64,000 bases of DNA from Planctomycetota bacterium (GCA_965248575.1 CBDFJQ010000002.1:4672001-4736000), one strand, 5' to 3'. Positions 38,053 through 48,446 are shown, counted from the first letter of the stretch. A program made the numbers and translations. The notes: generated by a model from the sequence alone, not told the origin.

Positions 38053-39117
38053 TCAGCTCGAGCCAGTCGTCTTTGGCGAAGGTGCCGATGCCTCCGCTTG
38101 TTCCCCTTGCGGCTTGGTGACGCTCCCGGCATCGGGATCGATGTCGCCGAAGTCCGAAGGGGCCACGTCCGCGAGGATGCTGTTGAGTTTGGCCAGCACC
38201 TCTTTGGGGTCGGCGTCGGAGCTGACCTGCTGGTGCAGGTGCATCAGGTTCGCGGCGAGGGTCGATCGGCCTTGGAGGACGAGCCCTTCCATGCGCACCC
38301 GGGCCGCCAGCTCCCGGGCTTCGATGAGCTCTTCGCCGCGACCGCGCACGAGGGTCTCCACCGTCTCGACGAGGCGGTTCAGCATGCGATTCACCACGCT
38401 CGCCGAGAAGCCCCCGACCATGGCGAGCGTCGGCTTCGTGAGGGTCGCCGAGTTCTCGTCATCACCGAGCGGAATCAGCTCGGCCAGGATGATGCCCGCG
38501 ATGAGCCCCAAGCAGTAGCGCATCCAGTAGGAGGATTCGTGCTTCGGGTCGAAGTAGCCGGCGGTCACGTAACGGTTCGCGCGGAACAGGGCCGCGAAGG
38601 TGGCGCCGAGGCTTGCAGCGGCCAGCAGGAACAGCAGGTTGACCAACAGAGTGATGCCGTCGGAGTTGAGCAGCCCGAGGTGGACGGTGTTCTCGTTGAC
38701 GTCTGGCGAGAGGCTGATGGTGACCACAGCGACGAGGCTCAGCATGGCGGCAATCATCATTCGCCGCACCAGAGGCACCGGCCCGAGGAAGCTCCCGAAA
38801 CTGCTCTTCGCCGCTTCCTTTTCGAGCAGCACGACCGTGCGAGGGATGGCGGGGACGATGATTCCGGCGAGCTGCTCGTGAATCCGGGCCAGCTGTCCGG
38901 GAGCGTCCTTGGTGGCTGCGTTCGAACCCACCTTCGTGACCGGCGCGGAGGCCGGTTGCTTCGCGTCGGCTCCGCGCACGGCTTCAAGCGTCCGAATGAT
39001 GGGAGCAGGAACCGCCAAGCCTGAGGAGAGGGCGTAGCGCGTCATCGCCTCACACTCTCTTCGGAGTTGCGAACCGATCGACTCTTGCACGGGGTGCTCG
39101 CCTTTTGCTGCGTCCAT
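38053..39117 (-). CDS. Hypothetical membrane protein (about 4 TM)
   Basis: 354-aa ORF; SLGA.FAAL...FDPK..SSYWMRYCLGLIAG...GGFSA. Confidence 0.75.
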   Translation of the reverse strand: MDAAKGEHPVQESIGSQLRRECEAMTRYALSSGLAVPAPIIRTLEAVRGADAKQPASAPVTKVGSNAATKDAPGQLARIHEQLAGIIVPAIPRTVVLLEKEAAKSSFGSFLGPVPLVRRMMIAAMLSLVAVVTISLSPDVNENTVHLGLLNSDGITLLVNLLFLLAAASLGATFAALFRANRYVTAGYFDPKHESSYWMRYCLGLIAGIILAELIPLGDDENSATLTKPTLAMVGGFSASVVNRMLNRLVETVETLVRGRGEELIEARELAARVRMEGLVLQGRSTLAANLMHLHQQVSSDADPKEVLAKLNSILADVAPSDFGDIDPDAGSVTKPQGEQAEASAPSPKTTGSS

Positions 39118-39431
39118 GTCCTTGATCTCTCCCTGGAATGCCCGGCGCCACCATACCGCCTTTCGCCGGATCAGGCCCTGGCACCGCTCCCGTACTCCAT
39201 GAGTGCCGAACCGCTACGAACGAGTCGGCATGGATCACGGACCGGATCTGGCTAGATTGAGGGGCATGAAGACCGAAGCAAGACACGACGTGCCCTGACG
39301 GGCTGTCGAGTCGGCGCGAGCCCCCTCGCCTCCTGCTCTGGACGCGTCAACACGCGTCGATGATCCATGACACGCATCGGGCGCGTGTTTCGGGGCTCCC
39401 TCCGGGAGCCCATGGAAACGGAGGTGGCGTC

Positions 39432-40559
39432 ATGAAACGTTGCATCAATGTAGTTCTCGTCCTTGCGGCCCTGATGTTGGCCGCAGGCTGGGCGGCAGCG
39501 CCTGCCGCCGGACAATTGTCCAACCCCGCTCCAGGGTGGGAGCCGGGCCAACCCTTCCTCGTCACCATCCATGACCCTCGCGGGACGCCGATGATGGTGG
39601 TGCATGCCGGACGCATTCCCCTCGCGTCCGACCCCAGAGCGCGTCTCGTCCTGCCGGATCTTGGCAACTCCGGCTTGGTCTATGTGGTGTCCACTCGAGG
39701 TGATCCCGGGGGCCGTCGGCCGCCGGTGCGCTTCCCCAACGACGTGCTCAAGAAGGAGCAGGAGATAGTGGGCCGGATTCACTCGGTCGTGCTCCTGTCT
39801 CCCGCCAACCCTGCCTTGGGTATGGGCGCGAGGCACATTCTGATCGTGGGTGCGAACAGCCTGGATCACGGGCTGCTTCCGGAGAGTTTCGATCCTGACA
39901 CAGGTGCCGCGTCGGGCTTGGCGGGCTGCACCTTCGGCGGGTATCTGGTCCCTGGCATGGGCATCCTCAAGAGCGCCGATGATGTCCTGAATCTCGCTCC
40001 CACGATGCCGCGTCGCTCGATGGATGGCGACCGCGCCTACGGGGCACCTCAAGAGACTCCGCCGGATGGAATCCCACCCGACGAACTCTATGGCGGCGAT
40101 CGCCGCGTGATGCGGCCCATCACTCCCATCGACGGCTTCCCGCACGCAGGGCGATTAGCCCCCGGTCAGGGGGATGATCTCCTGACGGGCGGTGGCGGCG
40201 GCGTGACGGGCATTGATCCCGGTGGAGCTGGCCCCCCAGAGGCAGCGGCTGCTGCTGACTGCACCTTCGGTGGCTACCAGGCCCCAGGGGCCGGTGTCCT
40301 GGGTGGCAAGGACGTGGTGATGGGGCTGGATCCAGGCGCTGCCCGGCGCAGCATGGATCCTGGAGCCCGACCGCAGGGCGACTTGTGGAACGTGCCGGAT
40401 CGGCCAGCACCCGATCCCCACGCGCTGCGGCCCACGCGCTGGGTTCCCATTCCCAGCCCACGCTGGTGGAAGAACCCTGGGGCAGGGTCGCTCGGTCAGG
40501 GCAACTTCATCCTGGGTCTGAGCGACAAGGGTATGACTCTCGATATGCAGGGTAAGTAG
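39432..40559 (+). CDS. Secreted hypothetical protein with a duplicated CTFGGY...RRSMD module
   Basis: GGAGG RBS; signal peptide; two internal repeats. Confidence 0.7.
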   Translation: MKRCINVVLVLAALMLAAGWAAAPAAGQLSNPAPGWEPGQPFLVTIHDPRGTPMMVVHAGRIPLASDPRARLVLPDLGNSGLVYVVSTRGDPGGRRPPVRFPNDVLKKEQEIVGRIHSVVLLSPANPALGMGARHILIVGANSLDHGLLPESFDPDTGAASGLAGCTFGGYLVPGMGILKSADDVLNLAPTMPRRSMDGDRAYGAPQETPPDGIPPDELYGGDRRVMRPITPIDGFPHAGRLAPGQGDDLLTGGGGGVTGIDPGGAGPPEAAAAADCTFGGYQAPGAGVLGGKDVVMGLDPGAARRSMDPGARPQGDLWNVPDRPAPDPHALRPTRWVPIPSPRWWKNPGAGSLGQGNFILGLSDKGMTLDMQGK

Positions 40560-40730
40560 AGAGACAGGGACGACCTTGCGGGATTGCGAGGTGGTTGTGC
40601 AGCCCGCCCGGCTTTGCGGCCGAGCGGGCTGCTTTCGTTGCCCGCTGCAACCCTGGGGCATTGCATCCCTGACCCCTCGCCGGACAATACCGCGCCTTCC
40701 CGCCCATCCGATTTCCCTGAAGGACCCTCC

Positions 40731-41708
40731 GTGAACGTCTCAACCCGCAGGCTCTCCGAACTCACGCTCAACAGCGAGTACCTCCGGTTGGAAACGGACG
40801 TCAGTGCCCTGAAGAAGAGCATTGAAAGCGTCGGTCTGATTCATCCGCTGACCGTGAACCAGGACGACGAGCTGCTGGCGGGCGCGCGCCGTTTCCAGGC
40901 CGTCAGCGAGCTGGGCTGGGAGGAGGTCGCCGTGCAGGTGGTCGATCGGGACGCGCTGGTCCAGGAGCTGATCTCCATCGACGAGAACCTGGTGCGTTCT
41001 CCGCTGGGCCCCCTCGAGCTTGAGAAGTCCCTCAACCGCGGGCGAGAGATCTACGAGGCCATCCATCCGGCGGCGAGCAAGGTCGATCTGTCAGCGGATG
41101 AGCTCACCGGCGAGGAGAAGCTGCAGCAGAAGGAAAGGGAGGAGCAAGACGAGGACTCCTTCGCTGCCATCACGGCCGAGAAGACCGGTTTGTCCAAGGC
41201 CGTGATCAAGGGGGCGATCAAGCGCGACGCGCTGGCCTCCGACGCAGTGAAGAGAGCGCGCGGCGAGGGTGAGCTGAACGCCACCAAGACCAACGAGATC
41301 ATCAAGCTCGAGAAGGACACGCAGGAGAAGATCCTGCCGCTGATCGCCGACAAGACGGCCAAGGAGACACGTCGGATCGTGGCAGCCGCCAAGGCGGGCG
41401 GCTTCTCGGCCGCCGTCGAGGCTTCCGAGGAGGTGGTTCCCATGCCCCGGGAGTACGGCCAGATGCTCTCCCCGGTCCGGCGCGTCAACCGTTCGATCAG
41501 CAGGATCCTTGTGGAGCAGCTGCGCTACGAGGGGCCGGAGCAGAGCAAGATCAACAAGGAACTGATGCAGCTGAAGGACAACCTCGCCCAGTACTTCCAG
41601 ATGGTGGGTGCGAAGGCTGCGTCGACCCAGCTGGAGGCATCGGCACCGATGACGGCACCGGCGCCTCCCAGCGAGGATGAGCAGGGCGAGCTGGTCGCCG
41701 GTTCATGA
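40731..41708 (+). CDS. Orphan ParB/Srx-domain protein
   Basis: LKKSIESVGLIHPLTV, LLAGARR, DENLVR; HTH-like TAEKTGLSKAVI. Confidence 0.88.
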   Translation: MNVSTRRLSELTLNSEYLRLETDVSALKKSIESVGLIHPLTVNQDDELLAGARRFQAVSELGWEEVAVQVVDRDALVQELISIDENLVRSPLGPLELEKSLNRGREIYEAIHPAASKVDLSADELTGEEKLQQKEREEQDEDSFAAITAEKTGLSKAVIKGAIKRDALASDAVKRARGEGELNATKTNEIIKLEKDTQEKILPLIADKTAKETRRIVAAAKAGGFSAAVEASEEVVPMPREYGQMLSPVRRVNRSISRILVEQLRYEGPEQSKINKELMQLKDNLAQYFQMVGAKAASTQLEASAPMTAPAPPSEDEQGELVAGS

Positions 41709-41746
41709 TTCGGCTGAGCTGACTGTGGCCTACGCCGCGCCGATCA

Positions 41747-42214
41747 TCAGTTGGCGTCGTGGCACGTGGTGCAGGAGATGTCGAGGTTGATGACGAGCTT
41801 CGTGATCAGGTCCTCGTCCGGCGTGTCGGCGCGGGTGGCGCGGGCCAGGTCGAGTGCGATCGAGCCCGTGTCGGCGGCCATCGCGAGGTAGTCGGGCTTG
41901 CGACGATGCTGAGTGTGGACGTTCGACAGCTCGGCGATGATCTCTGACCAGGCGGTGATCGTACGGAGACGGTGCTCATTTTCGATCTGTGGGAGCACCT
42001 CGTTGATCTTGCCCAACGCCGATCCAAAGCCACTCATGAGGCTGGACACTCGGGCCACCGGTTGGAAAGACGACAGCTGCTTGCCATCGCCCTGGCCCGC
42101 AACGGTGCCGGGGGAGGTGAAACAGAGCGGTGCGGTCTGTGCGCTCGACATCCAGAGGGCACTGACAAGGATGACCGTGGCGAAGGCAGCGAGCATCAAA
42201 CGGGAGACGGACAT
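41747..42214 (-). CDS. Class II (cytochrome c'-like) c-type cytochrome
   Basis: Signal peptide, helical body, C-terminal SCTTCH haem motif. Confidence 0.8.
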   Translation of the reverse strand: MSVSRLMLAAFATVILVSALWMSSAQTAPLCFTSPGTVAGQGDGKQLSSFQPVARVSSLMSGFGSALGKINEVLPQIENEHRLRTITAWSEIIAELSNVHTQHRRKPDYLAMAADTGSIALDLARATRADTPDEDLITKLVINLDISCTTCHDAN

Positions 42215-42330
42215 CGAGCGAACCTCAGGCGGAAATGGGAGCGGACGCGGGGAGAGCTCTGCGCGAAGGACGCGCAATGCCGGAGACGTAGCCTCCTACG
42301 AGAGGCTCCTGGCGACTGTGAGCCTCAGTC

Positions 42331-43263
42331 CTAGACTTCTCGCCTCACCGGCAACTGGCCGTACAGCTCGAAATACTCGTACCCGTGCGCGAAGGGTCGC
42401 CCGATGAAGGCCTCGAAGCTCGGTTGGTCGTCAGGCACGTAGCCGCTCGTGGGTAACCAGGTGCTGTAGTACCAGTCCAAGGCTCGGAGCTCGAGGTCCA
42501 CGCCACCCTTGATCTCGATCTCTGCGACGCGCATGGCTGGGAACTGAAACACGCTCACCTCGCCGTCCGGTTGCAGGTCGACATCGCTGACCACCACGGC
42601 CATGTCGTAGCGGCAGTCCTCGACTGCGACGACCTCGGGGTCGTCCCACATGTAGCCAAGCCACTGTCCGTCAGCGAGACCGCGCTGCTCGGCCCACTGC
42701 TCCAGCCGCTGGCCTGCGTCGACGACGCCCGTCCCGCGGTAGGGGTCCAGCACGCGGATGTAGGCCACCGTGCGCTCAGGAAGATTCCGCAACTCGACCT
42801 CGAAGCCGTCAGGGTTCTCGCCCGCAGGCAGGCGTTCCAGGTGGAGGCGATCGTCCACCTCATGCACGGTCGCCTCGACACCCGCGCGGCGCTGCTCACG
42901 CCAGGATGCGAGGTCGAAACGACTCGGAGGGACGTCGTAGCGTTGCTTGAAGCTGCGCGAGAAATCGGATGAGGACGCGAAGCCGCAGGCCAGGGCAATC
43001 TCAGTCAGCGAGCGTTTCGGTGAACGGGCCATGAGCGACAGCGCACGTTCGAGTCGCAGCCGCTTCACGAACTGGGCCAAGGTCTCTCCCATCAGCGCCT
43101 GGAAGATGCGGTGGAAGTGGAAGGGCGAGAAGCCTGCGACCCGGCTCAGCTCCTCGAGTCGCAGCGGTTGGTCGAGGTTCGTGACGATGGAGTCGATGGC
43201 GCGGTTCACCCGGTCGACGTAGAGAGTCGTGGGTGCAGATGCGTTCTTCTGTGAGCTTCGCAA
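42331..43263 (-). CDS. AraC-family regulator with GyrI-like effector domain
   Basis: FSPFHFHRIF, GFASSSDFSRSFK; DDPEV...CRYD, WLPTSGYVPDDQP. Confidence 0.95.
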   Translation of the reverse strand: MRSSQKNASAPTTLYVDRVNRAIDSIVTNLDQPLRLEELSRVAGFSPFHFHRIFQALMGETLAQFVKRLRLERALSLMARSPKRSLTEIALACGFASSSDFSRSFKQRYDVPPSRFDLASWREQRRAGVEATVHEVDDRLHLERLPAGENPDGFEVELRNLPERTVAYIRVLDPYRGTGVVDAGQRLEQWAEQRGLADGQWLGYMWDDPEVVAVEDCRYDMAVVVSDVDLQPDGEVSVFQFPAMRVAEIEIKGGVDLELRALDWYYSTWLPTSGYVPDDQPSFEAFIGRPFAHGYEYFELYGQLPVRREV

Positions 43264-43402
43264 GATCTGGCAAGCGCTCCAGGCCCGGGGCTGAGATCCT
43301 GGTCAACCCGTCGAGAGCTGCCGCCGTGCAGGCTCGCTCAAAACCAGGCCATCACCAGGTCCTTAACAGGTCGTCACAAGGACAACTCCCAGGATATCCG
43401 CC

Positions 43403-43897
43403 ATGAAGCCCTTCGCAACGATCGCTACTGCCGTCGCTCTCGCCGCCGCCTTCACGCTGGCAGCAAGACCCTTTGCGCCCGCCTCAAGCTCTACATCGGA
43501 CCTTGAACCCATGCCGCTGGGCGCCTTCTCCGTCAGCCTCACCGTCAAGGACCTTGCGGCTTCCAAGGCCTTCTACGAAAAGCTCGGCTTCGTGGTACGT
43601 GGTGGTGTCCAGGAGCAGAACTGGCTCATCCTGCGGAACGGCACCACCACCATCGGCCTGTTCCAGGGCATGTTCGAGATGAACATCATGACCTTCAACC
43701 CGGGTTGGGACGGCGAGGCGAAACAGATCAAGGAGTACCAGGATGTGCGCGAGATCCAGACGCTGCTCAAGGCGCGCGGCGTGGCGCTGACGACCGAGGC
43801 GAACGTCGACAGCACCGGTCCGGCGAGCCTGACGCTGGTCGATCCGGATGGCAACATGATCCTCGTGGACCAGCACGTGCCAAGCCCTGAGCGCTGA
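43403..43897 (+). CDS. VOC/glyoxalase-family protein with N-terminal signal peptide
   Basis: LGAFSVSLTVKDLAASKAFYEKLGF...IGLFQGMFE.NIMTFNPGWD...DPDGNMILVDQH. Confidence 0.9.
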   Translation: MKPFATIATAVALAAAFTLAARPFAPASSSTSDLEPMPLGAFSVSLTVKDLAASKAFYEKLGFVVRGGVQEQNWLILRNGTTTIGLFQGMFEMNIMTFNPGWDGEAKQIKEYQDVREIQTLLKARGVALTTEANVDSTGPASLTLVDPDGNMILVDQHVPSPER

Positions 43898-43926
43898 GCG
43901 GCGAGACGGGCACAAGCAAGGGCACG

Positions 43927-45090
43927 TCACTTGAGGATGGTCGACTTCGATCCTAGGCGTTCGACGAGCGTCAGCACGCAGGCATGCCCGGCCGAGAAGG
44001 CGGCCAGGGCGATCAGGTACAGGGAGAGGAACAGCAAGACGGAGAGGTTTCGTGCAGACGTCTCGCCTTCCATCCATTGCAAGAAATAGGCGCCTTCGTT
44101 GGCGAGGCAGGCTTGCACGGGCGGGAGGTCGTCTCGCTTGGCTCGCAAGTCCATCTTCTTGCGCGTCTTGGGCGAGAGCCAGTCGAGCGGAGGGACGAAG
44201 ACGAGGGCGAAGAAACCTTCGCCCTGACGCTCGAGGTGCAGTGGCCCCTCGACCTGGGTGAGTTGATCCTCGCCGATGGGCTCCCCGGGCTCCAGGCTGA
44301 GCAAGACCTCCACGGTGCTCCGCTCCGGAACCCACGCCACAGCGACCGTTCGATAGTGATGCAGGGCTCCGCCAAAGGCGACGAGAGCCAGGGTGTAGAG
44401 CAGCAGGGCCCGGTTCAGAGGATGGCCGGGGCGCTTGCGGCAGCGTGCCCGCATGACCACGTAGACGGCGAGCGCTTGCAGCGTTCCGAGCAACAGGATC
44501 GCCCCCTTCCAGTTGCTGCGGAGAAGGGGTTTGCCTCCGTGCTCTCCGAGCAGCATGTGCGACGCCAGCAACGTCAGCAGGAGGGCACTGAGCATCTCCA
44601 GCGCGAGGCGCCACGCGGGTGGGGGCGGGGCTGGCAACAGGACACCGCCCTGCTCGGCCAGGGCGTTGCGGACGATGCTCGACAGGTCGATGGCGTCGGG
44701 CTTGCGGAAGAGATCGATCCAGTGGATGCCAGCCAGGAAGTAGGCCAGGCTGCCGTCCGGCTTGACGTCCTCGAGTCGCACGGGGATGACTCGCAGGCCG
44801 TGCTCCGCGGCCAAGTGCAACTCCCGGCGCACATGCACCGATTTGTCCGCTGCAGAGGAGTACAGCAGCACGAGCACTTGCGAGCGCTGGATTGCATCAG
44901 TGATCTCGGCGGCCCAATCGGTGCCGCCTTCGATGCTGCGCGGAGCGAACCAGCAGCGCAGGCCCGAGGACGTGAGAGCCTCGCAGACCTCGCGTGCCCT
45001 GGCCTCATCGGGGGTGGAATAGCTGACAAAGACCTCGGCCCTGTCATCAGAGCCACCCTCCGGTCGAGCTGTGGTGTCGAGGGTGGTCAT
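43927..45090 (-). CDS. TIR-domain (TIR_2) membrane protein
   Basis: VFVSYS...WFAPRSIEGG.DW..EI..AI...S.HVRREL...IPVRLE, followed by about 4 TM helices. Confidence 0.88.
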   Translation of the reverse strand: MTTLDTTARPEGGSDDRAEVFVSYSTPDEARAREVCEALTSSGLRCWFAPRSIEGGTDWAAEITDAIQRSQVLVLLYSSAADKSVHVRRELHLAAEHGLRVIPVRLEDVKPDGSLAYFLAGIHWIDLFRKPDAIDLSSIVRNALAEQGGVLLPAPPPPAWRLALEMLSALLLTLLASHMLLGEHGGKPLLRSNWKGAILLLGTLQALAVYVVMRARCRKRPGHPLNRALLLYTLALVAFGGALHHYRTVAVAWVPERSTVEVLLSLEPGEPIGEDQLTQVEGPLHLERQGEGFFALVFVPPLDWLSPKTRKKMDLRAKRDDLPPVQACLANEGAYFLQWMEGETSARNLSVLLFLSLYLIALAAFSAGHACVLTLVERLGSKSTILK

Positions 45091-45103
45091 CGCTCGCGGT
45101 CGA

Positions 45104-45613
45104 TCAGCTGACGTCCAGCACGACCTGCTTTCCGCGCTTCTTGATGGCGTCGAACTCGATGAACCTCAGCTTGCCCCCGCACTCCGCGACGAAGATGTGT
45201 CGGCGGGCTGGGAGCGTCACGATCACGGGCGTCGTGCCGCTCTTCACCCGGTACTTGACGAGCGAGGTGAGTAGCCGGCTCTGGAGTTCCGCTGCCTGGC
45301 GCTCATCGGTCTTGGAGAGGATCTCCAACCGGTTGAAGGGCTCGTCGCCACCCAGTGCGTCCCATGCGTCGAGGTCGAGCACGTAGGCCGTGGCGGGCTG
45401 CGGCGTGGCTCCGGGCAGGGCCTGTTGCTGCTGGAATGTGGTCAGCTCCACATCGCAGGTCCCTTGCCCGTAGCGCACATTCTGACAGCCGGGCGCCGTC
45501 AGCAAGAGCGAGAGCGCCAGCATCAGCAGGGGGCGAGGAATCCGGTGTCGCGCGTTGCGGTGTTGTGGTGACGACTGGCTCAACGGTTTGACTCCCGGAG
45601 TTTCGAGCGGCAT
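45104..45613 (-). CDS. Hypothetical lipoprotein
   Basis: LLLTAPGC lipobox-like; co-oriented 13 nt upstream of the TIR gene. Confidence 0.6.
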   Translation of the reverse strand: MPLETPGVKPLSQSSPQHRNARHRIPRPLLMLALSLLLTAPGCQNVRYGQGTCDVELTTFQQQQALPGATPQPATAYVLDLDAWDALGGDEPFNRLEILSKTDERQAAELQSRLLTSLVKYRVKSGTTPVIVTLPARRHIFVAECGGKLRFIEFDAIKKRGKQVVLDVS

Positions 45614-45848
45614 GACTTCAGTCAGCGATGCGTTTCCTGCTGCGGATTGACAGGCAAGCGTTCTCAGCGTGCGTTCCCCCTTGCCCTCATGGACACGCGA
45701 CGGATCTTAGACTGCAGCTGTGCATTCGACCAGCAGATCCCTCGGGTTCGCTTGCCGGGTCGGGACGTGCCCTCATGATCCGCCTCGCCTGCCTGAGTCT
45801 CCTGATCGCACGGCGCCTGGCCCCCGCGAGCTTGCTATCCTCCCCGCG

Positions 45849-46121
45849 ATGATTCGTGAACGCCGCTTTCAGTGCCCTTGCTGTGACTACTACACGCTCG
45901 CTGCCCGCGGGCGACACACCGTCTGCCCCGTGTGCTTCTGGGAGGACGACGGCAGTGACCTCGACGACATCGACGGCGTGTCGTCGGCGAACCACATCCC
46001 GCTCAGGCTGGGGCGTGCGAACTTCGCCCGCCTGGGCGCCGCCGACGAGGCCGCCATGTCCCTGGTGGCACCGCGCGAGCAGCTGCCCAGCCTGCGCCGG
46101 GAGCTGAGAGCCCCGGGCTAA
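45849..46121 (+). CDS. Cysteine-rich CPCC family protein
   Basis: CPCCDYYTL...CPVCFWEDDG...SSANHIPL..GRANF. Confidence 0.88.
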   Translation: MIRERRFQCPCCDYYTLAARGRHTVCPVCFWEDDGSDLDDIDGVSSANHIPLRLGRANFARLGAADEAAMSLVAPREQLPSLRRELRAPG

Positions 46122-47191
46122 AGCAGTTTGCGCGCCAGCTGCTGCGCCAGGTGCGACGGATCTGCCGAGCCACAGTTGCTGAGCACCACGACCGAGAGCT
46201 GCTGCTTTGGAAAGCGGATCATCTCGGCCCGGAAGCCGACCCAACCGCCTGAGTGCGAGATGGTGGCCTTGCCCAGGTATTCGCCGTGGCCGAGACCGAA
46301 GGCGTAGGGCAGTTTGGTGCCGTCCTCCAGCTCGCCTTGCGTGAGCACGAGTTCGATCAGTTCCTGTCCGCCGGCCAGCTGGTTGTCAGAGAAGTTGGCG
46401 TCCCACTTCGCCAGGTCGAGCACGGTGGTGAAGACGCCGCCGTCCCCGACGTGGTCCCAGGTCGTGTTGTCTTTGCGCCAGGTCCCGATGTCGTCAGCGT
46501 CGCGCGAGTATCCGTCGGCCCGGCCTGGGACCAGCTCATCGTGCCGGTCGTGGTAGTGGGTGCTGTCCATGCCCAGCGGCTGAAAGATGCTCGCGTGCGC
46601 GAACTCCCGCAGCGTCTTGCCGGTCACGCGTTGGACGATCTGGGACATCAGGAAGTAATTGCTGTTGCTGTAGGCGAACTGGGTGCCGGGCTCGAAGTTG
46701 AGCTCGGTCACATCCGTGAGGCGCGCGTAGGTGATGCTCGGCGTGACGTGGTCCTTGATGCCGACGCCCTCCATCATGTGCAGCCCGGGGTAGTCCGGCA
46801 GGCCACTCGTGTGGTGGACCAAGTGGCGAATCGTCACCTGGGTGTCGAGCTCGGGCAGCTCTGGCAGGTGCTTCCGGATGTCGTCGTCGAGGTCCAACTC
46901 GCCCTGCAGGTGGAGCATGGCGATGCACATGGCCGTGAACTGTTTCGACGTGGAGCCGATGCGGTAGATCGTCTCGGGCGTGTTGGGAACGCCGTGCTCC
47001 AGGTTGGCCATTCCGAAGCCGTTGGCGTGAATCACACGGCCGCGGTGGATGACGGCGACGGCCATGCCCGGCATGTCGTCCCGGGCGTAGTCCAGGAAGA
47101 CGGCGTCCAGTTGCTCCGCCACCGAGGGGCCTGCGGTGTCCTGAACACCCAGGCTGGCGACCAAGGCGATCCCGAGCAGTCCGCTCCACAT
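46118..47191 (-). CDS. Serine hydrolase (beta-lactamase/AmpC-like family)
   Basis: SxxK (STSKQF), YSN, HSGG motifs; signal peptide. Confidence 0.93.
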   Translation of the reverse strand: MWSGLLGIALVASLGVQDTAGPSVAEQLDAVFLDYARDDMPGMAVAVIHRGRVIHANGFGMANLEHGVPNTPETIYRIGSTSKQFTAMCIAMLHLQGELDLDDDIRKHLPELPELDTQVTIRHLVHHTSGLPDYPGLHMMEGVGIKDHVTPSITYARLTDVTELNFEPGTQFAYSNSNYFLMSQIVQRVTGKTLREFAHASIFQPLGMDSTHYHDRHDELVPGRADGYSRDADDIGTWRKDNTTWDHVGDGGVFTTVLDLAKWDANFSDNQLAGGQELIELVLTQGELEDGTKLPYAFGLGHGEYLGKATISHSGGWVGFRAEMIRFPKQQLSVVVLSNCGSADPSHLAQQLARKLL

Positions 47192-47316
47192 GTGTTCTCT
47201 CCTGATGCTGGGTGATGTGCCGCTATGGGCAGGGGTGCATCAGGGTAGCTATCAAAGAGGGTGGAGCTGTGGCCTTACCAGGGCCTTCGGCGCTCGTGGT
47301 CCGACAGTTCCGAGAC

Positions 47317-48276
47317 CTACCGGTCTTGCACGAATGGGTGGCGCTCGGCGTAAGTCGAGAGGAAGTGCGTCACGAGTTGATGTTGCTCCGCCTGGGTCGC
47401 CGAGGCGTTCTTGCGCAGGTCACTGAGTCCCTTCGCGAAGCTCCGCAACACGTCGTCGTCCCGACGGTCAGCGAGCCGACGCATCGCCTGGAATCGGCCG
47501 CTGCTTTGCGACGCGCCGGTGTAGGCCCAGAGCTTCTCTACGAGGATCCTGTCCAAGCGCGGGTCCTCGACCTTCGCGAGCACTCCAAGGAAGCGGCCCC
47601 AGCGGTAGTCGCCAGAGGAATCCGCCTGCAGGGCATCCAGAAGTCGGCCCACCTGGCCCGCATCGAGCGCCTCGATGCGCAACGGATGCTCGCCCAACAT
47701 CCGCACGAACTCGGGCTTGCGCCACAGATCGATCAGCCCTTCGTAGCGCGTGGCGGGGTGCGCCATCACTTCCGTGATCCACTCGTTCAATCCGGCCTGC
47801 CGTGCAGGGGACTTTGAACCCTCTTCAAGTGCCAGGAGCTCGCGGATGCGCGTGACGTAGACCGCCAGGTCAGCCGGCGCCAGCGACTTGGATCCATAGC
47901 TCAGCGCAACGGTCCGATAGACCCCGGTCAGGTCGTCCTCATCCTGACTCAGGAACGCGAGCACCGTCTCGCCCACGGGATAGTGTGCAGGTGAGGGGCA
48001 GAGCATTCCCGAGGCGAACACCACGGAGATTGCGTCGTCGTGACTTGCGGGACCCTTGAGTGAGCGAAGGACCCGCAGCTCGGCTACGTCGGTGCCCCAG
48101 AACTGCTGATCGGGCTCGGGGATCCGCCGGGTCTGCTCCACCTCGGCCACCACGACCAGTTGCGCCGATCGGACCAACGTACGCAGGCCGACGGGGTCGA
48201 TGGGATATCGAGCAGGTGCTGCAGGGGCGACCGCCGACGGGCACAGCCCCAGCACGAGCGCAAGCGAGATCAACAT
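47317..48276 (-). CDS. Secreted hypothetical protein
   Basis: Signal peptide; LVVVAEV...VLRSLKG...CPSPAHY..GETVLAFL. Confidence 0.65.
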   Translation of the reverse strand: MLISLALVLGLCPSAVAPAAPARYPIDPVGLRTLVRSAQLVVVAEVEQTRRIPEPDQQFWGTDVAELRVLRSLKGPASHDDAISVVFASGMLCPSPAHYPVGETVLAFLSQDEDDLTGVYRTVALSYGSKSLAPADLAVYVTRIRELLALEEGSKSPARQAGLNEWITEVMAHPATRYEGLIDLWRKPEFVRMLGEHPLRIEALDAGQVGRLLDALQADSSGDYRWGRFLGVLAKVEDPRLDRILVEKLWAYTGASQSSGRFQAMRRLADRRDDDVLRSFAKGLSDLRKNASATQAEQHQLVTHFLSTYAERHPFVQDR

Positions 48277-48446
48277 GGCAGGGATCCGTGTGAGGCAACG
48301 GGCGGGTATGCGAGATCTACGCACGAGGACGGCGCCTGTTAGGGCGGCCTTCGTGATGCTGGCGGAGCCTTGAGTCGAGGGAAGAGCTCCACCCCTGGCC
48401 CGATCGATCTGCTGGAAGGGCCCCGGGGGTGTCACTCTTCCGTTGC

